A DNA stretch of 64,000 bases from Candidatus Dormiibacterota bacterium (GTDB lineage Bacteria; Chloroflexota; Dormibacteria; Aeolococcales; Aeolococcaceae), in contig JBAUTG010000091.1 in assembly GCA_049582105.1 (NCBI GenBank), positions 13,903-77,902 of the forward strand, written 5' to 3'. Shown here piece after piece: positions 29,481 through 38,379 of this stretch (the stretch's first letter is position 1; each line of letters starts with the position of its first letter). Below the pieces are notes generated by a model. That model did no database searches. It worked only from the letters and a program-made list of their open reading frames with translations, and was not told the DNA's origin. Position numbers and translations under genes: made by a program.

Positions 29481-30506
29481 TCAAACGCGGATCGGGTTCG
29501 CCGTCTGCCAGTCTCGATGCCAGGCCGCGGCGTAATACGCGGCGGCGGGAGCGTGCTCGATATGGAGTGCGGCCTCCCAGTTCCCGCCCAGTCCGGCCGA
29601 GCTCCAGTTCGACGAGGACACGATCGCGGAGCCGTCGATCACAGCGCCCTTGGCATGTCCCGAGGTGGACCGCGCGGGATCCATGCTCCGGACTGCAAAG
29701 GGCAGGGCCCCGAGAACGTGAACGTCGACGCCTCCGGGGACCGCACCGAGCAGGAGGGCGCATGCGACGCCGCGGCCTGACGCATCCGCCATGAGGTCGA
29801 GCAGCCGCCGCACGGCGGGCTCCCCGGTGCGCACGTAGGGGACCGTCACCAGCAGACGCATTCGGGCGCTCGTCACCAGCGCCTCCAGGGCCGACGCCAC
29901 AGCAGCACCACCTGTGACCAGACGCAGCCGGCGAGCGACGACGCTCGCGGTGAACGGCGCGACCTGCGGCATCGGCGTTCCCACGATCGGGGCGGTGGTC
30001 ACCGTCGTCGACCAGTCGTCGGGTGGCCGGCGAGCGGTGTCCCAGTGCCCATCGAACGCCCGTCGAACGTCGCGCTCGAGTGATCGTGAGCCCGACGCGG
30101 TCACCCACCATTCCCGAGTGCCGGCGAGGGGCGCCCCTGCGGGTGGAAGACGCAGGTGCCGGTCACGCGGCGCGTCCCGCCAGATCAGGTTTCCCGTGCC
30201 GACGGCGATCGTAGAGTCGGTGCGCACCAGCTTCCCGTGCGCGGCGTGCTCCTGTCCCCCGGCGACACGGCACTCCCCACCGGCGGCCAGCAGCTCCCGC
30301 GCGGTCGCGGCGTTGCCGTCGGATCGGTGTGCGTCGAGCACGAGACGGACGCGCACCCCACGCAGCGCCGCACGCACCAGCTCCCAGCGATATGAAGGAC
30401 CGACCTCGTACAGCGCGGCGTCGATGCGCACACGTGCATCCCGCAGCAACCCCGAGAGCAGTGTTCCCGCAGCGTCGGGTCCCAGCGCGCACGTCAGCGA
30501 CGTCAC
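29481..30506 (-). CDS. Phospholipase D-like domain protein with two HKD motifs
   Basis: HGKLVRTDS and HAKGAVIDGS HxK(x)4D motifs. No TM segment is evident. Confidence 0.6.
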   Translation of the reverse strand: MTSLTCALGPDAAGTLLSGLLRDARVRIDAALYEVGPSYRWELVRAALRGVRVRLVLDAHRSDGNAATARELLAAGGECRVAGGQEHAAHGKLVRTDSTIAVGTGNLIWRDAPRDRHLRLPPAGAPLAGTREWWVTASGSRSLERDVRRAFDGHWDTARRPPDDWSTTVTTAPIVGTPMPQVAPFTASVVARRLRLVTGGAAVASALEALVTSARMRLLVTVPYVRTGEPAVRRLLDLMADASGRGVACALLLGAVPGGVDVHVLGALPFAVRSMDPARSTSGHAKGAVIDGSAIVSSSNWSSAGLGGNWEAALHIEHAPAAAYYAAAWHRDWQTANPIRV

Positions 30507-30597
30507 GCCGGTGGCAACGTGCGGAGCCCCACTCCTCCATCGTGGAGCCGACGCACGCCCTCATGACGGACCGTGAGCGCAGTCCGAGGCGCGCTGA

Positions 30598-31134
30598 CTA
30601 CGCGGTGGCGGGACCCTGCTGCTGAGCCAGCTTCGAAAGCCGCTGCAATTCCACGTGGTGCTGCTTGACGTGTGCGACGACGTCATCCAGCACGGTGTCC
30701 TGTGCCTGAAGATGTCGCTGCAGCTGCAGGCACTCACTGAGGATTGCCTCGGCGTCCTTGTATGTCTGCTCCGATCGCTTGTCAGACGCCTTTCCCTGAA
30801 TGTTCTGGCCGACGATGATGATGGGCAGCAGGACCAGCTGGAGGAAGTACCCCGATACCGCCCCGACGAGCAGCACCAGCGTGACGCTGTTCGTGATCGC
30901 TCCGAAGATGCCGGTGATTCCGAGGACGGCGAAGAGGTACGCGCACCACATCGTCCCGACGATTGTGGTGATGATCAACGCGACCTTGCCGTTGACGCCC
31001 ACGCGCTCGTCATCGACCTTGACCGGCCGTTCATGCTGGCGCTGTGCGATGCGTGGGTGCGGAATGTGGTGGAACAGTTCGTTCACTTTCGGGATCGGCG
31101 CCGCCTGAGCCGGTTGGGCCGGTGTGTCCGTCAT
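30598..31134 (-). CDS. DUF1003 family membrane protein
   Basis: Two TM helices followed by a coiled-coil tail, the typical DUF1003 layout. Internal ATG start. Confidence 0.5.
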   Translation of the reverse strand: MTDTPAQPAQAAPIPKVNELFHHIPHPRIAQRQHERPVKVDDERVGVNGKVALIITTIVGTMWCAYLFAVLGITGIFGAITNSVTLVLLVGAVSGYFLQLVLLPIIIVGQNIQGKASDKRSEQTYKDAEAILSECLQLQRHLQAQDTVLDDVVAHVKQHHVELQRLSKLAQQQGPATA

Positions 31135-31220
31135 CGCACGTCTCCTGACACTGGGCGCTCGGAGGTGGCGCCCGATCGCGCGGTATCGTGAACGATGCGA
31201 ACGGGCTTGAGTGCGCCGGT

Positions 31221-31922
31221 TCAGGCGCGGCGGCGCAGCATCGCCGGTGGTCGTGACCGGCGCAGGCTCCAGGCTGGTTGACGCTCGACGAATTCGTACA
31301 GTGCCGCCGGCCGTCCCGGACCACCCTTCGTGAACGTTCCGGTGGCGCGCACGAGACCCGACTGCTCGAGCTCTCGCCGGAAGTTCGACGGCTCGTGCGT
31401 CACGCCGCTGATCGACTCGAAGACGCGGCGCGCCTGCGGCATGGTGAATCGTTCCGGCAGCAATCCCACCGCGATGTTGGACCACCAGAGCTTGCCGCGT
31501 AGCCTGTCCACGGCGTCCACGACGATGCGCGCATGGTCGAAGCCGAGCGGGGGCAGCGCATCGACCGGTTCCCACCGCGCGCTCGACTCGTCAGCCCGGA
31601 GGACGGCGGCATCGATGAGGGCGAGATAGGCGACGGTCGGGATCCAGCCGCGCGGGTCGCGCTCCGGGTCCGCATAGGTTTCGAGCTGTTCGAGATAGAC
31701 GGCGCCGACGCCGGTCTTCTCCGTGAGCTTGCGCTGCGCAGTCTCCTCCGGACGTTCGCTCGGGCTCATGAAACCCCCGGGCAGCACCCAGGTCCCCGCA
31801 AACGGTGCCTCGGCACGCTGCACCAGCAGCACATGGAGCTTTCCGGAGAGCGGGGCGAGCACGACCGGGACCGCGTACATCCCGGCCGGAGCCGGGAAGC
31901 CGGATGAGTTGACCGCCGACAT
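31221..31922 (-). CDS. NUDIX hydrolase fused to NrtR-type winged-helix domain (NrtR-like regulator)
   Basis: Nudix fold (GKLHVLLVQR...GTWVLPGGF...ETAQRKLTEKTG) plus a C-terminal wHTH resembling NrtR. Confidence 0.55.
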   Translation of the reverse strand: MSAVNSSGFPAPAGMYAVPVVLAPLSGKLHVLLVQRAEAPFAGTWVLPGGFMSPSERPEETAQRKLTEKTGVGAVYLEQLETYADPERDPRGWIPTVAYLALIDAAVLRADESSARWEPVDALPPLGFDHARIVVDAVDRLRGKLWWSNIAVGLLPERFTMPQARRVFESISGVTHEPSNFRRELEQSGLVRATGTFTKGGPGRPAALYEFVERQPAWSLRRSRPPAMLRRRA

Positions 31923-31995
31923 GGCCCTTGCCGGGCCGGGCGCCGCCTGTTGGGGCATCGCGATCGATTGTGGCGAGGCGTTAGGCTGCGTTGCC

Positions 31996-32823
31996 ATGGG
32001 GAGCGGCAACATCACGACCGCCGAGGGCTTCCAGCTCGCGTATTCGGAGGTTTTCACGAACGTCTACGCGCTGACGTCCGACCTCGACGACCGGCAGGCG
32101 CTCGGGATCACGGGTTGTCCGGGGTGGACGGTGCGAGACCACGTGGCGCACATCGTCGACCTCGAAAGCCTGCTGATCGGACGGCCACGAGCCGAGCATG
32201 CCGTCCCGGGCGGTCTCCCCTATATCCGCAACGGACCCGGCGAGTTCATGGAGATCGGCGTTGACGCCCGCCGCGGCATGCCGTACCACCACCTTGTGGC
32301 CGAGTATCGCGACGTCACCAAGGAACGCCTTTCGCGCCTTGCCGATCTCCAGGACTCGGACCTCAATGAGATGAGGCCCTGGTTCTTCGGGGAATCGAAG
32401 CTCCGGTCGATCCTCGCCATTCGTGTCTTCGATCTCTGGGCCCACGAGCAGGACATCCGCAGAGCGCTCGGTCGGCCGGGCGGCTTCGAGGGGATCCCGG
32501 CCGCACACAGTCGCGAGCGGATGCTGATGGGCGCCGGGAACCGCATCCAGGAGCGGCTCAGCCCCGACGCGGGCACGACCGTGTTCTTCGACATCACCGG
32601 GCCGGGCGGTGCGCAGCGGGCCATCATGTTCGACGGCGAGCGGGGTCGCGCGGGCATCGACATCCCCCAGCTGCCGACCACGACGTTGCGTCTCGACCTG
32701 AACACGCTCACCGTGCTCGCCTGCGGCCGCTCCGACGATCCGATGGCGCCGTCTCGTGTTGTTGTCGAAGGTGTCCAGAACTTGGGGCAGCGTGTGCTCG
32801 AGGACATGGCCGTAACGCCGTGA
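31996..32823 (+). CDS. DinB/mycothiol-dependent maleylpyruvate isomerase N-terminal-domain family protein
   Basis: WTVRDHVAHIVDLE and LWAHEQDIRRA His-containing motifs. The start is uncertain (ATG 31996). Confidence 0.5.
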   Translation: MGSGNITTAEGFQLAYSEVFTNVYALTSDLDDRQALGITGCPGWTVRDHVAHIVDLESLLIGRPRAEHAVPGGLPYIRNGPGEFMEIGVDARRGMPYHHLVAEYRDVTKERLSRLADLQDSDLNEMRPWFFGESKLRSILAIRVFDLWAHEQDIRRALGRPGGFEGIPAAHSRERMLMGAGNRIQERLSPDAGTTVFFDITGPGGAQRAIMFDGERGRAGIDIPQLPTTTLRLDLNTLTVLACGRSDDPMAPSRVVVEGVQNLGQRVLEDMAVTP

Positions 32824-33344
32824 GACGACGGACGATACGGCTCGCCCCGGTTGCCGCGGTCGCTGCGACGCTGCTGCTTTCCGGGTGCGGCCTGCAGCAG
32901 TCGGACGCGGTGGTCCCCAATGGGGGCCTGCAGCAACCGTCCGGGGCCGCAACACCGATCACCGCCGCGACGCTCAGCGGTGCGCGGTTCAACTGGTCGG
33001 CGACTCGCGACCACGTGGTGGTGCTCGACTTCTGGGCTTCGTGGTGCGGCCCGTGCATCCACGAGCAGCCGGACCTCAACAAGCTGGAGGCGCGGTGGGC
33101 TCCGAAAGGGGTGGTGTTCCTCGGCGTGGACCTCGCGGACACCGATGCCAATGGCGCCGCGTTCGAGCGCAGCTTCAACGTCCCGTACCCCAGCGTCAGT
33201 GACTCCGGGGAGGTGATCGCCTCCGAGTACAACGTTCCGGATCCACCGACGATCGTCATCGTCGACGCGCACGGCAACATCGTCGATCGGTTCCTTGGCA
33301 CACTTTCCGGGGTGAGCAGCGACCTCACGCGCCTGACCTCGTGA
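32820..33344 (+). CDS. TlpA/ResA-like thiol-disulfide oxidoreductase lipoprotein
   Basis: Signal peptide with lipobox LSGCG and thioredoxin fold with FWASWCGPC. Start overlaps the upstream stop. Confidence 0.7.
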   Translation: MRRRTIRLAPVAAVAATLLLSGCGLQQSDAVVPNGGLQQPSGAATPITAATLSGARFNWSATRDHVVVLDFWASWCGPCIHEQPDLNKLEARWAPKGVVFLGVDLADTDANGAAFERSFNVPYPSVSDSGEVIASEYNVPDPPTIVIVDAHGNIVDRFLGTLSGVSSDLTRLTS

Positions 33345-34555
33345 CCCAGATCACCGTCTACGGGGCACCCTGGTGCCCCGATTGCAAACGGGCGAAGAAG
33401 TTCCTCGCCGAGCAGCGCGTTCCGTATGACTGGGTCGACATCGACGAGGACGCCGATGGGCTTGCGCACGTCGAGGAACTGCAGAAGGGCGGCAGGTCGA
33501 TCCCGACGATCGTCTTCGACGGCAGCGAGGTCCTCGTCGAACCCACCAACGAGGAGCTGGCGCGCAAGCTCGGGCTGACGCTCGAAGCCAAGCGGGAGTG
33601 CTACGACCTGGCGATCATCGGTGGCGGGCCCGCGGGACTGGCAGCCGCGATCTATGCGGCCCGCGAGGGCATCGACGCCGTGGTCGTGGAGCGAAGCGGG
33701 CTCGGTGGGCAGGCGGGCGTGACTGAACGCATCGACAACTACCCGGGGTTTCCCGAGGGCGTGGGCGGCGCCGACCTCGCCGAGCGGTTCATCGCCCAGG
33801 CGCGACGCTACGAGGTGGAGCTGCTCAGCGCGGTCAGCGCCGAGCATCTCACCGCCGACGGCGCTGAGTCCGGAGACGTCTGCCTGCGCCTGGCGAACGG
33901 CCAGGAGATCGGGACTCATGCGGCACTGATCGCGACCGGTTCGTCGTACCGGCGACTCGGTATCCCCGGCGAGGACGACCTGATCGGCGCCGGCGTCCAC
34001 TTCTGCGCCACCTGCGACGGACCGTTCTACCGTGGCGCCGACGAGCTTCTGGTCATTGGTGGCGGAAACTCAGCGCTCGAGGAAGGGCTCTTCCTGACAC
34101 GATTCGCGCGGCGCGTGCGCATCGTCCAGCGCGACCCCGAGCTCACCGCGTCACGCCTGCTCCAGGACAAGGTCAACAAGGATCCCCGATTCATCGTGCA
34201 CCGCAACACCGAGGTCCTCGAGCTCACCGGCAAGGGCAGGCTCGAGTCCGTTCGCCTCCGCGACCGGGGCACCGGTGAGGAACAGGTGGTGCACCCGCGT
34301 GCCGCGTTCGTCTTCATCGGCCTCGACCCCAACACCGCCTTCCTCAAGGGCAGCGTCGATCTCGATGCCCGCGGGTTCGTGGACGACAAGGGCGGCTTCA
34401 AGACCTCGATGCCCGGGGTCTTCGTGGCCGGCGACGTCCGCCGCGGCTCGACGAAACAACTGGGCTCAGCCGTCGGTGACGGCATCGCCGCGCTCATCGC
34501 GATCCGCGAATACCTGCAGGAGCACCACGAGGTCGCCCGCCACCCCGAGGATTGA
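33341..34555 (+). CDS. trxB: Glutaredoxin-like (NrdH-type) domain fused to thioredoxin-disulfide reductase
   Basis: N-terminal ~85 aa with CPDC in a Grx/NrdH fold (YGAPWCPDCKRAKKFL). This is followed by FAD-binding GGGPAGLAAA, the redox-active CATC, and NADPH-binding GGGNSALEE. Confidence 0.8.
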   Translation: MTQITVYGAPWCPDCKRAKKFLAEQRVPYDWVDIDEDADGLAHVEELQKGGRSIPTIVFDGSEVLVEPTNEELARKLGLTLEAKRECYDLAIIGGGPAGLAAAIYAAREGIDAVVVERSGLGGQAGVTERIDNYPGFPEGVGGADLAERFIAQARRYEVELLSAVSAEHLTADGAESGDVCLRLANGQEIGTHAALIATGSSYRRLGIPGEDDLIGAGVHFCATCDGPFYRGADELLVIGGGNSALEEGLFLTRFARRVRIVQRDPELTASRLLQDKVNKDPRFIVHRNTEVLELTGKGRLESVRLRDRGTGEEQVVHPRAAFVFIGLDPNTAFLKGSVDLDARGFVDDKGGFKTSMPGVFVAGDVRRGSTKQLGSAVGDGIAALIAIREYLQEHHEVARHPED

Positions 34556-34594
34556 CCGGGTTCCATTGCTTGGCGCTATAGTGCGGAACGCAAT

Positions 34595-35311
34595 ATGGAA
34601 ATCCGCACTCGGCCCAAGGACATGGTGGCGCTGACCACGCTCAGCTTTCTCAGCGAAGGACCGTGCCACCCCTACGAGATCCAGCGGATGCTCCGCGATC
34701 GCCACAAGTCGTACGCGGTCGGCAAGACCCGGGCGCTGTACCGGGCGATCGAGGAGTTGGAGTCAGTCGGCCACATCGAGTCCGTCGAGACCACCCGCGA
34801 CGGGCGGCGCCCGGAGCGGACGGTGTACCGGATCACTCCCGAGGGGCAGGAGGAGCTGGAGAACTGGCTCGCCGACGTGCTGGCGACCCCGGTGGACGAG
34901 ACGCCTGTCTTCAGCGTCGCCGTGGGACTGCTCGGATACATCACCCAGGAGCGTGCCGAGGCGTCGCTGGCGATGCGGCTCATCAGCCTGCAGGCACGGC
35001 TCGTCGCCCTCGACGCCACCCTCAAGCTGGCGCAGGACGATCTCGGGCTCCCGCGCCTGGTCCTGCTCGAACTCGAACACGCGATCGCCCTCGCCTCCGC
35101 CGAGATGGAGTGGGTCCGCCGAATCCTCGGCGACATGCATTCCGGCGCGCTGATCTGGAACGACGATCTCATCAGGGCGCACTTCGAAACCATGCACGCC
35201 GCCGACGCTCGGCGGCGGAAAGACCGAGAAGCCGCGCCCCTCGGTAAGCTGCCGCGTCCGGCAGACCACCGCCCGCACCAATCGGATGTCGCTCGGGAGG
35301 AGACACGATGA
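34595..35311 (+). CDS. PadR family transcriptional regulator
   Basis: PadR wHTH (GPCHPYEIQRML...RALYRAIEELE...VYRITPEG) plus a C-terminal dimerisation extension. Confidence 0.8.
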   Translation: MEIRTRPKDMVALTTLSFLSEGPCHPYEIQRMLRDRHKSYAVGKTRALYRAIEELESVGHIESVETTRDGRRPERTVYRITPEGQEELENWLADVLATPVDETPVFSVAVGLLGYITQERAEASLAMRLISLQARLVALDATLKLAQDDLGLPRLVLLELEHAIALASAEMEWVRRILGDMHSGALIWNDDLIRAHFETMHAADARRRKDREAAPLGKLPRPADHRPHQSDVAREETR

Positions 35312-36252
35312 TCGAGACACACAACCTTCGACGAGTGTTCAAGTCGCGCAAGGGCACGGTGGAAGCGGTCGCCGGCGTCGACCTCGACGTGAAACAGGGC
35401 GAGATCTTCGGCTTCCTCGGACCGAACGGCGCGGGCAAGACGACGACGCTCCGGATGCTGTCGACACTGCTGCCCATCACCGGCGGTGAGGCGACCGTCG
35501 CCGGATTCGACCTGCTCCGCAATCCCGCGAAGATCCGCTACGAGATCGGCTACGTCAGCCAGGAAGGGAGCAGTGCCCCGGAGGTCCCCGGACGCACCGA
35601 GCTGATCATCCAGGGACGCCTGTACGGCATGACGAAGACGGACTCGCTCGCGCGCGCCGCCGAGATCATCCGGTCACTCGAGCTCGAGGACTGCGCCGAC
35701 CGTGCGACCAAGACCTACTCCGGCGGACAGAAGCGGCGGCTCGACATCGGCATCGGGCTCATGCATCGACCCCAACTGCTCTTCCTCGACGAGCCGACCA
35801 CCGGCCTCGATCCACAGAGCCGGGCGCGGATGTGGGATGAGGTGCGCCGCCTGCGCGACACGGGCACGACGGTGTTCCTGACAACGCACTACCTGGAGGA
35901 GGCGGACGCGCTCTCCGACCGCATCGCCATCATCGACCACGGCAAGATCGTCGCCCTCGGCACACCGGACGAGCTGAAACGGCAGGTCGCGGGGGACGTC
36001 GTCGTCGTGGGCACCGACCAGGCGAGTGATCGCGTCCTCGAGCTGCTCAAGGGCCAGTCGTACGTCCGCGAGGCGACCAGCGGCGACGGGGTCGTGCGTC
36101 TGTACGTCGACCGGGGCGAGACCGCGATGCCGCAGATCATCCGTGTGCTCGACTCCGCGGGCATTCCGCTCGCATCACTGTCGTTGAACCGACCAAGCCT
36201 CGATGACGTGTTCCTGCGTCAGACCGGGCGTTCGCTCCGCGAAGCCGCATAG
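35308..36252 (+). CDS. ABC transporter ATP-binding protein (DrrA-like, ABC-2 exporter)
   Basis: Walker A GPNGAGKTT, signature SGGQKRR, Walker B LLFLDEPT. ATGA coupling to padR. Confidence 0.85.
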   Translation: MIETHNLRRVFKSRKGTVEAVAGVDLDVKQGEIFGFLGPNGAGKTTTLRMLSTLLPITGGEATVAGFDLLRNPAKIRYEIGYVSQEGSSAPEVPGRTELIIQGRLYGMTKTDSLARAAEIIRSLELEDCADRATKTYSGGQKRRLDIGIGLMHRPQLLFLDEPTTGLDPQSRARMWDEVRRLRDTGTTVFLTTHYLEEADALSDRIAIIDHGKIVALGTPDELKRQVAGDVVVVGTDQASDRVLELLKGQSYVREATSGDGVVRLYVDRGETAMPQIIRVLDSAGIPLASLSLNRPSLDDVFLRQTGRSLREAA

Positions 36253-36266
36253 AGAGGAAGGATCAC

Positions 36267-37028
36267 ATGCAGTTGCTGAAGGACACCTGGCTGATGTTCC
36301 AGCGGTATCTCGTCGTCTTCCTCCGCAACCCCGCGTGGGTGGCGATCGGCGTGATCCAGCCGCTCCTGTATCTCGTGCTGTTCGCGCCGCTGCTGAAGTC
36401 GCTGGTCAACGTGCAGGGCTTTCCGGCCGGCGGCGCGTACAACGTGTTCGTCCCCGGGCTCCTGATCCAGCTCGGACTCTTCGGCGCGAGCGGCGTGGGA
36501 TTCGGCCTCATCGCGGAGCTTCGCGCCGGTGTCATCGAGCGCTTCCGGGTGACCCCCGTGAGCCGCTTCGCGCTGCTCCTCGGTCGCGCGCTTCGCGACA
36601 TCCTCACGCTCGTCGTGCAGTCGTTGATCCTCCTGCTGCTGGCGATCCCGTTCGGGTTGAAGCCGACGTTCCTCGGCGTCGTCGTGATGCTCGGGCTCGT
36701 CGCGCTGATCGGCCTCGGGATGTCGTCGCTGGCATATGCGGCCGCACTGGCACTCAAGAGCGAGGACTCCTATGCGCCGCTCATCTTCACGCTGTCGCTG
36801 CCGCTCCTCCTCCTCAGTGGTGTCCTGCTGCCGCTCAACCTGGCGCCGCAGTGGTTGCAGGACATCGGCAAGGCGAATCCGCTCTCCTATGCCGTGAATG
36901 CGGCACGCGACCTCTTCAACGGAAAGGGGTTCGACCAGGCGGTGCTCGAAGGGCTCGTGATCATGGCCGCGCTCGCAGTCGTCGGCGTCCTCATCGGCGC
37001 GCGTCGCTTCACCAGAGCGATCGCGTAG
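36267..37028 (+). CDS. ABC-2 family transporter permease
   Basis: Six-TM ABC-2 permease directly downstream of the ATPase. Confidence 0.75.
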   Translation: MQLLKDTWLMFQRYLVVFLRNPAWVAIGVIQPLLYLVLFAPLLKSLVNVQGFPAGGAYNVFVPGLLIQLGLFGASGVGFGLIAELRAGVIERFRVTPVSRFALLLGRALRDILTLVVQSLILLLLAIPFGLKPTFLGVVVMLGLVALIGLGMSSLAYAAALALKSEDSYAPLIFTLSLPLLLLSGVLLPLNLAPQWLQDIGKANPLSYAVNAARDLFNGKGFDQAVLEGLVIMAALAVVGVLIGARRFTRAIA

Positions 37029-37031
37029 ACG

Positions 37032-37736
37032 TCAGAACCCGGAGGCGATCTCCTCGCGACTGAGGAAGGCTTCGACCGAGCGCGCCAGCGCGAGGCGGAA
37101 GGCGCCTCGTGACGCCGCATCGTCGTCGCTCGCCGCCGCACCCGCCGTCACGCGGCGCTCGATCCACGGTGGCGTGGAACGGCCGATCAGGTCGTTGTCG
37201 ATCCGCACGCCGACAACATCCTGTGCACCCTCCTCCACCTCGATCGACACCTGGTGCACGACCCCGAGGTGGTCGACAAGCTTCCAGGCGCGCCCCCAGC
37301 ACCGCGGCAGCGCGGTGCCCGCGGTGATGAGGCGTACCGGATCGGCGACGACCGTGGTGTCTGCATTCGACGCAGCCGCCCGGAGCGCCGCGCGGATCGG
37401 TTCGTCCAACTCGCCGCTCATCCACCCGACGAGCGACGGTGCGCGGTTCTCCAGGTCGGGCAGGCCCAGTTGATGGAAGCCGTTGGAGAGCGCCGCGACG
37501 GTCCCCGCATGCCGCCGGCAGTACGCGTCGTCATGAAACATGGCCCCGTGCCCCATGCACCACGTCGTGCCACAGACGTGCTGACGACGATCGGCGTAGG
37601 TGCAGCGAATCACGACGGGCTGGGTGCATCCCTGCTCCGTGCAGCGGACGCGACCGGACGGCCGCCGCCACGCCTGTCGCAGTTTCCACGCGCGGTCAAA
37701 TGGCGCCATTGGAGCCGCCTCCCTCGGGATCCACAT
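37032..37736 (-). CDS. Hypothetical Cys/His-rich protein
   Basis: Cys-rich N-terminal segment (CTEQGCTQ...CTYADRRQHVCGTTWCMGHG...CRRH). I recognise no family. The start is uncertain. Confidence 0.35.
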   Translation of the reverse strand: MWIPREAAPMAPFDRAWKLRQAWRRPSGRVRCTEQGCTQPVVIRCTYADRRQHVCGTTWCMGHGAMFHDDAYCRRHAGTVAALSNGFHQLGLPDLENRAPSLVGWMSGELDEPIRAALRAAASNADTTVVADPVRLITAGTALPRCWGRAWKLVDHLGVVHQVSIEVEEGAQDVVGVRIDNDLIGRSTPPWIERRVTAGAAASDDDAASRGAFRLALARSVEAFLSREEIASGF

Positions 37737-37780
37737 CGTACCAAGCCAACGCTCCGAACGGGGCGAGCGCGTTGCACGGA

Positions 37781-38172
37781 TCAACTGGCGAGAGCTGGCG
37801 AGTCCTCGAAACAGGATCGAACCACCGCACCGAGCCCCGGGAGGCTGAACGGCTTGGTGATCAGGTGGTTGGCGCCGGCAAGCCGGGCGCGCTCGACATC
37901 CGCATCGGCGGAGAGCGATGTGAAGACCAGCACCGGCATGGACTGCGTCTCGGGCTGGGAGCGGATGTGCCTGCACACCTCGATACCGTCGACGCCCGGC
38001 ATCATCACATCGAGGATTGCCAGGTCGAACTGCTCGGTTTCGAGAATGGACAGCGCCTCGGTGCCGTCCTGGGCCTCTCTGACTTCGAATCCTTCCATGC
38101 TGAGATACAACCCGACCACATGCAGCAGTCGCGGTTCGTCATCGACGAGAAGGATGCGCTGCTGGGCCAACG
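37781..38172 (-). CDS. Single-domain response regulator (CheY-like receiver)
   Basis: LLVDDEP, phospho-acceptor D in LAILDVMMPG, and T/K residues of the receiver fold. There is no output domain and no adjacent kinase. Start is TTG or GTG (38172 or 38197). Confidence 0.6.
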
Positions 38173-38379
38173 AGTGCGACCTCCCGGGCGCGTGGACAGG
38201 TGTTTCGCCCAAGTATCGAGCGCTATTCGATGCCGAATTGAGCGACCATCGTTCCGTCACCGGGCAGCGACATCCACCATCGCATCCGCGCCGGCGAAGA
38301 CGGTGCCCGATGATGTGCGGACATGGTGGCCACCTCACCGCACCGCTGTGGCGGCATGAACCCGGGCGGATGACACCGC

